Source of the DNA: Octopus vulgaris
Lineage: Eukaryota
Direction: 5' to 3'
Length of the DNA stretch: 64,000 nt
Assembly: GCA_951406725.2 (NCBI GenBank)
Contig: OX597818.1
Coordinates: 62,000,001 to 62,064,000 of the forward strand
The stretch's first letter is position 1; each line of letters starts with the position of its first letter. Below, in pieces: positions 1 to 14,308 of this stretch. Made by a program: the position numbers and the translations under genes. The notes under the pieces were generated by a model. The model made no database searches. It was not told where the DNA came from and was given only the letters and a program-made list of their open reading frames with translations.

Positions 1-424
1 ATTGAAGTATAATTTACTGGGATATTTGTAGGTTTCGCTAAATATTTATTGAAAGTGATTCTAAAGTGGTTTTATAGGAAAACCTGGTTTTGTGCACGTA
101 AATGCAATATATACAGGAAGCTACTCAGAAATTATATATAGTAACTCTAAACTGACCTTGAATCAGAAATAAATGAAATATACTCGGTATGAAAAGAAAT
201 ATTGTACAAAACAAATATGGCGTAAAAACTGTACAAAGCAAAGACACAGAATAAGTAATAAAAAGGAATGAATTCCTATAAATGTAATATTGACTGAACA
301 ACGAGTAAATTAGGATAGTATGAGGTGCAGTGGTGGCTTATAGGAGAAGTTGGCTTCACAAACCGCATGGTTCCGGGTTCAGTCCTACTGTGTGGCAAAT
401 TGGGGAAAGTATACAGTTCTATAT

Positions 425-543
425 TTAACCACTACGCCATATGCCCACGGGGGTATGGCGCAGTGGTTAAGAGCGCGGGCTACTGTACCCAAGATTCCGA
501 GTTCGATTCCAGCCAATGACCTGAATAATAACAATAATAATAA

Positions 544-600
<57 letters not shown>

Positions 601-816
601 TACTACTACTACTACTACTACTATAACTACTACTACTACTACTAATAATAATAATAACAATAACATTGAAAAATACCTTAGGAATGAGAATCCAGGTTCG
701 AAATTTCCCCAAGACACCTGACGAAGGCTGGAGGGTATATCAACTGAAACGTTGTGTTAACAACAAACAAGATGAGGACAAATATCCATCAAATGTAAAT
801 AATGTAAATAATGTAC
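425..816 (+). mobile_element. tRNA-headed SINE-like element carrying a hammerhead motif (HHR-SINE), locus 1, with short inverted head fragment
   Basis: A box TGGCGCAGTGG and B box GTTCGATTCC; (AAT/ACT)n; GACAC-CTGACGA-AGGCTG..CAACT-GAAACGTT-GTGTT at 713-758; AATGTAAAT tail; 425-446 is an inverted copy of 451-470. Confidence 0.8.
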
Positions 817-817
817 A

Positions 818-917
818 TTGGGGAAGTATCTTCTACTATAACCACAGGCCGACAAAAGCCTTGTTAATGGATTTCGTAGACGGAGACTGAAGACAGCCTG
901 TTGCGCACATACATACA

Positions 918-953
<36 letters not shown>

Positions 954-1021
954 TAAAAAATGCCCTGGTAACTATTTATTTATTTTTCCGTGTTAATTGT
1001 TAACAAGGTAAAAATACACTC

Positions 1022-1062
<41 letters not shown>

Positions 1063-1430
1063 CATATATATATGTATACTTATATATATATATTTGCATG
1101 TGTGTATTATGTATGTATGTATTATGTATGTATGTATGTATGTATGTATGTATGTATGTATGTATGTATGTATGTATGTATCTATCTATCTATCTATATT
1201 ATATATATATTTATTTATATTTATATATATGTATGTGTGCATGTGTGTGTCTTTGTTTCTGTGTTTGTCCCCCACCACCGTTTACGCTCTCATAACTTAG
1301 GAGTTCGGCAAAAGAGACCGATAGAATAAGTACTAGGATAAGTCCTGGAGTTGGTTCATTCGACTAAAAGTTCTTCTAGGTGGTGCTCCAGTATGGCCGC
1401 AGTCTAATGACTAAAACGATTAAAAAAGAT
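818..1430 (+). mobile_element. Degenerate SINE family A body with expanded internal microsatellite
   Basis: Matches the middle and 3' parts of full copies at 12037-12434 and 33489-33897. Confidence 0.65.
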
Positions 1431-1454
1431 ATATTCTTTTATTCTTACATTCTT

Positions 1455-1829
1455 TTACTTGTTTCAGTCATTTGACTGTGGCCATTTTGGAGCACTGACT
1501 TTTAGTCGAAGAAATCGACCCCCCGATTTATTCTTTGTAAGCCTGGTACTTATTCTATCGGACTCTTTTACCGAGCCGCTAAGTAACAGGGTCGTAAACA
1601 TACCAACATTGGCTGTAAAACGATGGTGGAGGAACAAACACAGACATAAACACACACATGTATATACGACGGGCTTCTTTCAGTTTCCGTCTACCAAATC
1701 CGCTCACAAGGCTTTGATCTGGCCGAGGCTATGGTGAAAGACACTTGCCCAAGGTACAACGCAGTGGGACTGAACCCGGAACGATGTGGTTGGTAAGCAA
1801 GCTTCTTACCACACAGCCATGCCTGCGCC
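1455..1829 (-). mobile_element. SINE family A (tRNA head, CORE-like CCTTGGGCAAGT motif), near full length
   Basis: Reverse strand reads GGCGCAGG..TGGCTGTGTGG (A box)..GGTTCAGTCCC (B box)..CTTGGGCAAGTGTCTT..GACTGAAACAAGTAAAAG. Confidence 0.9.
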
Positions 1830-1949
1830 TGAAAGAAAAATAATTGAATGTATTCTAACAGAAAACCGATATTTTATAGGCCACATGGCAAGCAGCAAAA
1901 TAAAATAATTGCAAAAAAAATTATCACGAAGGTTTGTTTAATCATCTGT

Positions 1950-2435
1950 ACAAGCAGCCAGGTCATCTTCTCCAGTCGCTGGCAAACCAACATTGTCAAA
2001 CGTTGTTGCTGTTGGCAACCATATTGTCGTCTGCATCATCGGATTTCTCTGAAATCAGAACCTGGATTATGAATATTTTCTTCAAACAATAAATCGTCCT
2101 CAGCGCCATGAAGGGAATTAAAAGCCCAAAATTTTTGTTTCAAAATATTATTTTTACGACAACCTCGTATTTCAGCTCATTCCATCAACTTTTATGACAC
2201 TCCTGTGTAAAACGAAGCCTCTTTCCTCTTTCTGCAGAAATCAGCCATAAAATCGGAAGCCGGCATTTGATTGCTCCACTCCTTCCTCACAAATCTTTTA
2301 AATGGCCAATTGATTGAGACATTTAAAGGCTGCAACTGATTGGTTAAACTTGCTATTACAGCTGATTGAGTACTAACTCGTCCAACTTGCTTCATAGCAA
2401 TCTCAGGTGTACGATGAGCCAGACAGCGGTTCTTA
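1950..2435 (-). pseudogene. Pogo/Tigger-like DDE transposase remnant
   Basis: Minus-strand translation CLAHRTPE..SAVIASLTNQLQPLNVSINWPFKRFVRKEW matches the pogo motif AHxT..LTSxLQPLDVSINKPFK; contains stops. Confidence 0.75.
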
Positions 2436-2539
2436 ATTAATAAGGCTGGGAGGCTTCTTTAAGGAATGTAAACTAAAAGAAATAACAGCGTGGCCAGTGG
2501 AATCTGTTTGAATAACACACACAAATACAGGTGTAGCAA

Positions 2540-2955
2540 ATACCTATTTCTTTACTACCCGGAAGGGGCTAAACACTGAGAGGACAAACAAGGACAGACA
2601 AACGGATTAAGTCGATTATATCGACCCCAGTACGTAACTGGTACTTGATTTATCGACCCCGAAAGGATGAAAGGCAAAGTCGATCTCGGCGGAATTTGAA
2701 CTCAGAACATAAAGACAGACGAAATACCTGTTTCTTTACTACCCACGAGGGGCTACACACTGAGAGGACAAACAAGGACAGACAAACGGATTAAGTCGAT
2801 TATATCGACCCCAGTACGTAACTGGTACTTGATTTATCGACACCGAAAGGATGAAAGGCAAAGTCGACCTCGGCGGAATTTGAACTCAGTACGCAGCGGC
2901 AGACGAAATACGGCTACGTATTTCGCCCGGCGTGCTAACGATTCTGCCAGCTCGG
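2540..2955 (-). mobile_element. SINE family B with duplicated ~180-bp core+tail module
   Basis: Reverse strand: GAGCTGGCAGAATCGTTAGC..GAGTTCAAATTCC..GCCTTTCATCCTTTCGGGGTCGATAAA; module repeated at about 2540-2720 and 2722-2905. Confidence 0.9.
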
Positions 2956-3209
2956 CAAATACCATGCAATATAGATTATGATTTATCCTTTATTGTATTT
3001 CTTTTTTCAGTCACTATGCCCCGGCCATACTGGGGCTCCGCCTTGAAAAAGTTTTAGTCGGATAAATCGATCCCAGGACTTGTTTTTTTAAAGACCTTTT
3101 TTCTTATTTCATCGAACTCTTAGCTGAAGCGCTAAGGGGACGTAAACACACCAACACCAGTTGTCATGTGGTGATGCTGGCGGTGGTGGTGGACAAACAC
3201 AGTCTCAAA

Positions 3210-3261
<52 letters not shown>

Positions 3262-3670
3262 GACACATACACACAAATATATTTTAGAGTCTCATGCTGT
3301 TGAATCTTTTCATCGGTGAATATTCTTCTTGGTGACAACTGAAATATTCTAGAACAGATATGGTGTTTTTATACTTTTTTCCCCCCAAAAGACAGAATAT
3401 TTTCTTCTCGGTAACTGCAGTGAATTTGTGTTTGGAAGCTAAAATATGTCACAAACATATTTTAACTAACCTAAAATTCGCTCACAACGAAAAACCCGTT
3501 TGGCGCTGATACAGCTGCAACACACACACACACATATATATATATGCGTGTATATGTATATATATATTTATATATATATATATAAATATATATGCGTGTA
3601 TATGTGTATGTATATATATTTATATATATGTGTATATATACGTGTATATATATATGTACATATATATATA

Positions 3671-3710
<40 letters not shown>

Positions 3711-3965
3711 TGTGTGTGTGTGTACATATATACATAAATATATATATATATATATATATATATGCATATATACATACGTATACGTACATACATGTTTACG
3801 TATATACATATGCTTATGCGGACACAGGACGTCACAAAACATAAACAACAAATAATTCGAAGTACGAGGACATGGAATAAGAGCTTTTTTTTGCAAGCAA
3901 CGAAATCGTTTGTAGAAATACATAAATTCAGAGGAGAAGCACACTCTAAGATGTAGAGCAGTAAA

Positions 3966-4307
3966 TATTATAGTGGGGGGATAGGCCGATTTATGGGGTT
4001 ACTCTGGGCTTCTCGCTCATAAGGGGTTTAGCCGTACAGTCTATCTCCAAACCCAAAACACTGCTGGCTTGAGATCTCTTTGAAATATGGGAGGGGGAAA
4101 GCCTCGTTTTTAAGGGTAAAAAACATAGGTGATTATCTCCCTTTGCCATTGTCCATCGATCTTCGGCTGCGCTGCTTTTTCCCTTCCATAATTTAAAGGG
4201 GTCTCAGGCCAGCGATGTTTGGGGTCTGAAGATACGCCGTAAGATCAGACCCCTTATGAGCGACAAACCCAGTACAACCCCATAAACCGGCATACCTCAC
4301 TATAATA
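3966..4307. mobile_element. MITE-like element with ~65-bp imperfect terminal inverted repeats
   Basis: TATTATAGTG..TTTATGGGGTT..CTGGGCTT..CGCTCATAAGGGGT at left versus ACCCCTTATGAGCG..AACCCAG..AACCCCATAAA..CACTATAATA at right. Confidence 0.75.
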
Positions 4308-4640
4308 TAAATAAATATATTTATAGTTATATTACAGCAGTATTAGTATGTGTGTGTGTGTGTGTTTCCATTCCGTTAAGGTAGGATGAACATCTGGAGA
4401 CAAATAAACATCATTAAATACAAACTGTACTTAAAATAAGAGCTACTAATAGATTAAAAAAAATTTTTTTTGCAGCAAAGATACCGAGATTAGACAGGAT
4501 TATATAACGTACCTTGTGTCTTCAGTGCCCAGAGCCAGAAGATTGATTGGAGACATACAAAAAACGTTATATAATTCTGTCTAATCTCATTATCTTTGCA
4601 GCAAGAAATTATTAACAGTTCTTTTAAATACAATATACAT

Positions 4641-4703
<63 letters not shown>

Positions 4704-4949
4704 TTATACACACACACACACACACACACATTTATATACACACACACACCTACGCATGTAGATCATAGAAATAAATCGTAATAGAAGCCTAGGCTTTTTT
4801 TTTTATTGTATATCCACAGATCGGAACACACATCACATCTAAAGGAACCCAGCACAGATTCTATATTCTGTATAATTACACAGAAATATCTTTTTAAGAT
4901 ATCTTTTCAAAGAATTGCTAAGGCTTATTTACATCATTGATCCATTTTG

Positions 4950-6470
<1,521 letters not shown>

Positions 6471-6789
6471 GTGATAAAGAATTTTAGGGATAAAATCAAA
6501 CCACTGGGCGGGGGAAACCAATATATCCCGAAGTCAGAAAGACATACAGACAGATAGAGACCGACTACAGAGTCAGGAATTAAATCTGAGAACCGTTGCT
6601 TGTTTTCGCGTGAAAACCAACAACAAGATCAATAATAATCCTGACCAGTTCTTATATTTGTCACAGGGGCGTAAATGAAAGGGACATTACGAGAAGGGAT
6701 TACCTAAGAGACGAAGGGAAAGAAATGGTGAGGTGGGTAAAATGAGATAAAAGTATACCACGTGATCATGTGATCATGTGATCGACCAG

Positions 6790-7161
6790 ACTCTTTTTTA
6801 CTCTTTTACTCTGTTACTTGTTTTAGTCATTTGAATGCGGCCATGCTGGAGCACCGCCTTTAGTCGAACGAATCAATTCCAGGACTTCTTTGTAAGCCTA
6901 GTACTTGTACTACCGGTGTCTTTTGCCGAACCGCCAAGTTACGGTGCAAAGTGAGATGTGTAACAACATCCAAAAGCCGTAGATGTGTGATAAAAAGATT
7001 ACTTTCCAACCACATGGTTCAGGGTTCAGTCCCACTGCGTGGCACCTTGGGCAAGTATGTTCTACTATAGAAGTTACAGGGATGCAAACACACCAGCATC
7101 GGTTGTCAAGCGATGGCGAGGGACAAACACAAGCACACATACATATACATACATACATACA

Positions 7162-7209
<48 letters not shown>

Positions 7210-7325
7210 CGACGGGCTTCTTTCGGTTTCCGTCTATCAAATCCATTCATAAGGTTTTGGTCGGCCCGAGACTGAACGATGTGGTTGGGAAGCAAGATTC
7301 TTACCATACACCCACGCCTATTGGA
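6790..7325 (-). mobile_element. SINE family A, rearranged (minus-strand copy interrupted by a plus-strand head fragment at ~6980-7070)
   Basis: Similarity to full family A copies. Confidence 0.75.
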
Positions 7326-7329
7326 TATT

Positions 7330-7580
7330 GTTGCATATCGCTGGCCACAATGCACTTCTCATCGAATGGTGCCAACCCACTGTCTAGGCGAACAGCTCAG
7401 GATTCTCCCGAACGGACGTCTAACCAGTTGCAGAGTTACTCGTTTACTGATTAGTGGACGGGAGCAAAGTGGAATGAAGTGTTTTAGTGAAGAACACAAC
7501 GCGTCGCCCCGTCTTAGGTTCGAACCCACGATTTAGTAATCGTGAGTGCAACACCCTAACCACTAAGCCACGCGGCTTCA
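7330..7580 (-). mobile_element. CORE-type tRNA SINE (family D-like), degenerate
   Basis: Reverse strand: GCCGCGTGGCTTAGTGGTTAGG..GGGTTCGAACC..GTGTTCTTCACTAAAACACTTCATT; resembles 55184-55520. Confidence 0.65.
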
Positions 7581-7639
7581 CTCGAGGAGCTTACTTTCAA
7601 AACCTGTGTAAGAGCATATTTGGTCGATTACATGATAAA

Positions 7640-7926
7640 CATTATTTACATTATTTACATTTGGCAGATATTTGCCTTCATCTTGTTTGTTGTTAACACA
7701 ACGTTAACACAACCCTCTAGCTTTCATCAGGTGTCTTGGGGAAATTTCGAACCTGGGTTCTCATTCCTTAGGTACTTTTCGATGTTATTATAATTTTTAT
7801 CATTATTATTATTGTTATTATTATTCAGTAGTTTTATTTTTTATAGTGCTTTTTCACTACCGAGCGCAGCTCTGTGCTTTCATGCTCTGATGGTTATTGT
7901 ATGGAAAGTGTTCTGCGTAGGATGTG

Positions 7927-7974
<48 letters not shown>

Positions 7975-8101
7975 TAGTTTTATTTTTATAGCGTGCTTTC
8001 ACTTCACTACCGAGCGCAGCTCTGTGTGCCTTGGGTATGTGCTGTGATTTGTTGTGATGCTCTGATGGTTATTGTATGGAAAGTGTTCTGCGTAGGATGT
8101 G

Positions 8102-8182
<81 letters not shown>

Positions 8183-8278
8183 TAGTTTTATTTTTATATT
8201 CATCACTATGGGTATGTGCTGTGATTTGTTGTGATGCTCTGATGGTTATTGTATGGAAAGTGTTCTGCGTAGGATGTG

Positions 8279-8314
<36 letters not shown>

Positions 8315-8336
8315 CACTACGCCATATTCCCAAGGG

Positions 8337-8381
<45 letters not shown>

Positions 8382-8533
8382 CAAAAACAACATCGAAAAA
8401 TACCTTAGGAATGAGAACCCATGTTCGAAATTTCCCCAAGGCACCTGATGAAGGCTGGAGGGTATATCAGCCGAAACAAAAAAAATGAGGACAAATATCC
8501 GTCAAATGTAAATAATGTAGATAATGTAAATAA
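7640..8533. mobile_element. HHR-SINE locus 2: minus arm (~7640-7825) and plus arm (~8340-8533) flanking R4/Dong-like 3' ends
   Basis: Left arm is the reverse complement of the element body and tail; right arm has CTGATGA at 8445-8451, GGCTG/CAGCC and GAAAC at 8473-8477, with the stem III/I region deleted; inverted head fragment at 8310-8330. Confidence 0.75.
7826..8281 (-). mobile_element. Three tandem 3'-end fragments of an R4/Dong-like non-LTR element separated by (ATT)n
   Basis: Reverse strand CACATCCTACGCAGAACACTTTCCATACAATAA = HILRRTLSIQ*, resembling R4/Dong C-termini; then a 3' UTR with AATAAA running into (AAT)n; copies at ~7826-7929, 7971-8104, 8179-8281. Confidence 0.65.
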
Positions 8534-8669
8534 TATTATTTTATCTACTCTGAAAGGATGAAAGGCAAAGTTGACTTCGGGGGCATTTGAGCTCAGAACA
8601 TAAAAAGTTGGAAGAAATGATGCTAAGTATTTTGTCCGGTGCAGCAATGATTCTACAGTTTGGTATACG

Positions 8670-9170
8670 AAGAATCGTAGATGTCTCAGTGGTGGGTGCT
8701 GGTGTGACTTGATGGTGTATTTTCCCCACCAGTTTTGTTTTCAAACCAAAGCAAACGCCTTGAATCTAGTTTCCTCTTTCTCCCACTTCTTACAGTCTTG
8801 AAACAGAATTTTCAATTTTCCCTTCTCCTGGTCGTCTGGTTACACACAAATCAATAACGTCCATGTTCAGCCATGTTCAGTCCGTGAATCACAAAACACG
8901 TTCTTCTTTCAAGTCTGTTGTCGTTATTTTTCATATCCTGTAGAATTCTAACATTCTACATTCCAATAATTACTTCAATGAGACGAGTGAAATATTATTC
9001 TTCCTCCAGTTATAAGGAAAGAGGAAACAACTGTTCCTGGTTTCTCAGCCAGTCGCAAAAAGGACTTCCGATGGGTAGCTTACGCTTTCCACGGTTTTAC
9101 TAAACAGGGTTGCTCAGACACAGGCGCAGGACAGTATTTCTGCATATAAAGGTAAGGTAACCCTCATATC
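8670..9170 (-). pseudogene. Decayed RTE-like LINE 5' region with APE endonuclease motifs
   Basis: Minus-strand fragments in the expected order: IIGM*NVRIL (~IGTWNVRTL), NMDVIDLCVTRRPGEG (~IDIIGLSETRWPG), QVTPAPTT (~QVYAPT). Confidence 0.6.
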
Positions 9171-9366
9171 TGTCGTCAATGTACAGGTGTAAACCAGAAG
9201 CTTCGAGTTCCACTAAAAGATGTTCCACTCATCTTCATTCCAATCATCATTGATTGTTTAGAAACGAAAATAGCGATTATCTGTATTTCTTTCAGATAGA
9301 TTCCAAGTTGTCAGGGATGTATTCAGGTAGAATGGTCTCAAGACCATCCTGTATGGTATATATGTT

Positions 9367-9553
9367 ATTTGACATGCAGGATAAGCTCTCAATACATCAC
9401 TAATCAGTCGCTATAATCCGATTCTATTACCTGAAAGTAGTGAGGAACTAGGTTTGGTTCTATGATATCGATACACAACCGAGCGGTATGTCCTGGCAAG
9501 CTTCAGCTTGCCGAGAAAATGAGCTCTGGCGAAAGAGTAATTTCAGTGGTTTC
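9367..9553. repeat. Dispersed ~185-bp repeat, second copy at 13617-13798
   Basis: ATTTGACATGC..TCACTAATCAGTCGCT..TACCTGAAAGTAGTG..GCCGAGAAAATGAGC..GTAATTTCAGTGGTTTCT present at both sites. Confidence 0.85.
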
Positions 9554-10026
9554 TTGTAGGTGTTAGCTAAAATGAAAGTTTGAAGGTATGACCTGATGAA
9601 AAAGCAGGCTGGTGGGTGAGCTAGCATCGGTATTTGATTCCCAAAAGACTGTACAGGCGGAAAAGGGGAAACGTTTTTACATATATATATTTCCTAATTG
9701 TCACAGTTTTGGTTCGAGCACATCCGCCTGGTTGTTGATATGGTTCCACTGCAGCCGAGTGGAATTGTGTTAGTGAGCAAGTCGCAGGAAGCAGGGGGTG
9801 GGGGCGGGGGGGGGGGACAGACGAATGGTTTGATGTGTCAAGAAATATTAAGGAAAGCGAATTCTAAAGATTTTGTGTGTGTTTGTGTGTGTATATGTGT
9901 TTAGATGGCTATAATGGTTTCTCTACGATACACACACACATTTACACACACATATATATATATATACACATACATCCATATATATGTGTATATATATATG
10001 TGTATATATATATATCCATATATATG

Positions 10027-10080
<54 letters not shown>

Positions 10081-10084
<4 letters not shown>

Positions 10085-10399
10085 ATATTTCGGAATGGTC
10101 ATATTGCCAGTTTAGCCAATAAAAACACACGCACTATATATTTGGTGTTATTTTGCTTCAGTGATATTTATTTTTTACATTAATCTTAATCTTATTTCGG
10201 CCAAAGTTCTTTCGTCACACTCCTGTGACCGCATCAGTGGTCCTTTGTTTTCTTCTCACTTACTTGTGTCTCTCCTTACTAACCGTCAGCCATTTTGTAT
10301 TTCTATTGTATGTCTTCATTTGCGCATGCTTATATCTCTATGTGCGTCTATGTTTATTTATTGGCTAAACTGGCAATATGACCATTCCGAAATATAACA
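10081..10399 (-). mobile_element. Inverted-repeat-bounded PLE-like remnant with a degenerate hammerhead
   Basis: TGTTATATTTCGGAATGGTCATATTGCCAGTTTAGCCAATAAA at left and its reverse complement ending at 10399; internal minus-strand CCA-CTGATGC-G-GTCAC..GTGAC-GAAAGAACTT-TGG at 10201-10240. Confidence 0.65.
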
Positions 10400-10438
10400 A
10401 TATCTGTTTCAACACACGACTTCACATAAAAATCTTGC

Positions 10439-10480
<42 letters not shown>

Positions 10481-10624
10481 TACGACGGGCTTCTTTCAGT
10501 TTCCATCTACCAAATCCACTCACAAGTCTTTGGTTGGCCCAAGGAACCCGGAACCATGCGGTTGGTAAGCAAGCTACTTAACAACTCCTGCGCTTATATA
10601 TATATGTATGCATATATATACATA

Positions 10625-10689
<65 letters not shown>

Positions 10690-10901
10690 TGTATACATTC
10701 ATACATAAATACATACGTAAATGCATGTATATATATATATATATAGATATGAATGTTTACATGTGCACACATTAACACACCCACGTGTATATGCTTATAC
10801 ATATATTTTATACACAAATACATATGTATATGTAAGTATATACTTATAATATGCATATATATATGTATGTGCGTGCGCTTTCACAAACCAACTTTCTTAT
10901 C

Positions 10902-10960
<59 letters not shown>

Positions 10961-11229
10961 AATGTGTTTGCTTGCTTGTGTGCGTGTATGTGTGTGTGTA
11001 TCTAAATTGATTATTTTCCCCCACACATCATGCACATCCATAAATGGAAGCCCACCCCCACCCACCCACACACTCGTCCACACACCTACACGCACACGCA
11101 CACGCAAACACACACACACACACACACACACATATGCATAGGTACAGCAACATATTGCTACGTCGCTTCTCGTCGATCTCTGATTGAAAATACAACTCAC
11201 GTTGTCAATTTGCAGTTTGTTATGTAAAA

Positions 11230-11407
11230 GTGTTTGTGTGTGTGTGTGTGTTTGTGTGTGTTTGTGTGTGTGTATGTGTGTGTGTTTGTGTGAGTTTGTG
11301 TGTGTGTGTATGTGTGTTTGTGTTTGTGTGTGTTTGTGTGTGTGTGTATGTGTGTTTGTGTTTGTGTGTATGTGTGTGTATGTGTGTTTGTGTGTGTTGT
11401 GTGTGTA

Positions 11408-11438
<31 letters not shown>

Positions 11439-11634
11439 TTGTGTTTGTGTGTGTGTGTGTGTATGTGTGTGTGTGTATGTGTGTGTGTGTGTGTGTTTGT
11501 GTGAGTTTGTGTGTGTGTGTATGTGTGTTCGTGTTTGTGTGTGTATGTGTGTGTATGTGTGTTTGTGTGTGTTTGTGTGTGTATGTTTGTGTGTGTGTGT
11601 TTGTGTGTGTTTGTGTTTGTGTGTGTGTGTGTGT

Positions 11635-11686
<52 letters not shown>
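11230..11686. repeat. Long imperfect (TG)n microsatellite
   Basis: Read directly from the sequence. Confidence 0.95.
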
Positions 11687-12036
11687 ATATATTGAATGTT
11701 GCATCATTGTTAATTACATATGTTTCTGATGGCAAGAGCGTGCTTATCACTCCGTTCCTACCTCAACAACCATCCCCTACTTCTAATACGCATGCCTAAA
11801 ATGGTAATAGCGTCCTCAGCAGCAGCAGCAGCAGCAGCATTAGCAGCAGCAGTAGCACTAGCAACTAGAAAGTCGGTACCAGCAGCAACAGCAACAGCAG
11901 CAGTTAACTGCAGCACAGAGAAAACATGTTATTTAACTGTTTTACATTGGCACTTAAAACGCGTTATTGTTTCCAGAACCGTGCTTATTACGTAACGTAT
12001 ATTACGAAATACATACATATGTTTACTTGCTTACCT

Positions 12037-12434
12037 ACTTGTTTCAGTCATTTGACTGCGGCCATGCTGGAGCACCGCCTTTAGTCGAGCAAATCGACCC
12101 CGGCACTTATTCTTTGTAAGCCCAGTACTTATTCTATCGGTCTCTTTTTGCCGAACCGCTAAGTGACGGGGACGTAAACACACCAGCATCGGTTGTCAAG
12201 CAATGCTAGGGGGACAAACACAGACACACAAACATACACACATACATATATATATATATATACATATATACGACAGGCTTCTTTCAGTTTCCGTCTACCA
12301 AATCCACTCACAAGGAATTGGTCGGCCCGGGGCTACAGCAGAAGACACTTGCCCAAGATGCCACGCAGTGGGACTGAACCCGGAACCATGTGGTCGGTTA
12401 GCAAGCTACTTACCACACAGCCACTCCTGCGCCT
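12037..12434 (-). mobile_element. SINE family A, full length, with probable TSD TATGTTTAC
   Basis: Complete head to tail; TATGTTTAC occurs at 12018-12026 and 12435-12443. Confidence 0.92.
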
Positions 12435-12661
12435 ATGTTTACGTTTAGCGAAGTAAGCTTGGGCGCAGGTTCGCTACGTGGTTCCGAGGGTAGCTTTGCA
12501 GCCGTATAGAACCACAGATTCGGGCCCACTGCCTGGTGCCACGCGGATGTTTTTTCCACTGTAACCCCAGGCTAATCAATGCTTTATAAGTGGAGGCGTG
12601 CTCTTGGAGAGTTTTAACTCTTCTTTCTAGCTAACGGGTACATATTGTACCCTGACTTTTA

Positions 12662-12698
<37 letters not shown>

Positions 12699-12748
12699 AA
12701 TGTATGTATGTATGTATGTATGTATGTATGTATGTATCTATCTATCTA

Positions 12749-12794
<46 letters not shown>

Positions 12795-12927
12795 CAATAA
12801 AGGGTTTGGCAACGAATTGCCTTACCACATACCGAATTTAGAAATAGCAGTCAAAGAGTTATAGCTATTTCTTCTACTAAAAGGAGATCTCAGTAAAAAC
12901 AGCAATTGTAAGGCAGACACAAACAGG

Positions 12928-12978
<51 letters not shown>

Positions 12979-13077
12979 AACACACATGAAGTTTCATTTT
13001 AACAAATCCACACACAGAGAATTGTGTGTGTGTGTGTGTGTGTGTGTATACACACACATACACACACATATATATGA

Positions 13078-13454
13078 TACTCCATCGGTCACGACGACGA
13101 GGGTTCCAGTTGATCCGATCAACGGAACAGTCTGCTCGTGAAATTAACGTCCAAGTGGCTGAGCACTCCCCAGACACGTGTACCCTTAACGTAGTTCTTG
13201 GGGAGATTCAGCGTAACAGAGTGCAACAAGGCTGGCCCATTGAAATACATAAACAACAGAAACAGGAAGAAAGAATGAAAGAAACTTGTGGTGAAAGAGT
13301 ACAGCAGGGTTCACCACCAAACTCCTGCCCGAGCCTCGTGGAGCTTTTAGGTGTTGTCGTTCTATAAACATTCAAAACGGCCGGTCTGAGAATCGAAACC
13401 GTGATCCTATGACCACGAGTTCGCTACCCTAACCATTGAGCCATCGCGCCTCCA
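13078..13454 (-). mobile_element. SINE family C (probably tRNA-Arg-derived; reminiscent of octopus OR-type SINEs)
   Basis: Reverse strand GGAGGCGCGATGGCTCAATGGTTAGGG..AACTCGTGG..GGTTTCGATTCTC; tail ..ACCGATGGAGT; homologous to 34232-34585 and 39165-39545. Confidence 0.85.
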
Positions 13455-13915
13455 ACATATATTACAAAATACATATATATGTTTACAACGTGCAATAGAT
13501 TAGCAAAGTAAGCTTGGGCTCGGTTTGGCTATGTGGTTACGAGGGTTGCCCTGAAACCATATGGTTTCAGGTTCGGCCCCACTGCGTGGCACCACGGGGA
13601 TGTGTTTTCTACTATAATTTGACATGCCGGATAAGCTGTCAGTAGATCACTAATCAGTCGCTGTAATCCGATTGTATTACCTGAAAGTAGTGCGGAACTA
13701 GCTTTGGTTCTATGATATCGATACACAACCGGGTGGTATGTCCTGGCAAGATTCAGCTCGCCGAGAAAATGAGCGAAAGAGTAATTTCAGTGGTTTCTAG
13801 TATTCTCAGTATTTGAATGGTACTTTATTTTATAGACGTCAGAAACATGATCGGCAAAGTTTCCTTATGTGTTCAAATCTTACCGAGGTCAAATTTATCT
13901 TCCATCCTTTCAAAA

Positions 13916-14190
13916 AGCATGATCCTGAAAAGATAGAGAGAGAGCTCCGTGCCTGAGGTTACCGTAGGCTTTTCTTTTCACGGATAAACCTAATCTGTTT
14001 CCCCTTTTTACATTATGACATTTCTGTGATACACGATCCCTATTGATCGGCCTTTTTTTTTATATCCACGATCCCTTTTGATCGAAATCCTACCCACCAC
14101 CCCATTTTTTCTTCTTCCCAAAAAGAAAAGCTCTAATTTGTATTTTGTCCCCTCTGTGTTTAGTCCTGTGTGGCCAATAAAGAAACATAT
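13916..14190 (+). mobile_element. Truncated 3' UTR of the Tx1-like LINE, ending at (ATCT)n
   Basis: Similar to 15463-15783 (AGCATGATCCTG..GCCTGAGGTTACCGT..GGATAAACCTAATC..GTCCCCTCTGTGTT). Confidence 0.8.
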
Positions 14191-14192
14191 TA

Positions 14193-14289
<97 letters not shown>

Positions 14290-14308
14290 CTTGTCTTGCT
14301 AGCTATCT

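Noticed and set aside
451-522. tRNA gene calls for SINE heads (also 28062, 34232, 55184)
   Set aside because: The cloverleaves are imperfect and each continues into a repeated body, so they are treated as SINE heads.
7826-8281. Repeat-spacer pattern resembling a CRISPR array
   Set aside because: The spacers are (ATT)n, the repeats exceed 100 bp and look like retroelement ends, there are no cas genes, and the context is eukaryotic.
11818-11915. (CAG)n tract as a polyQ or polyA coding exon
   Set aside because: It lies beside a (TG)n field with no supporting domain or clear splice sites.
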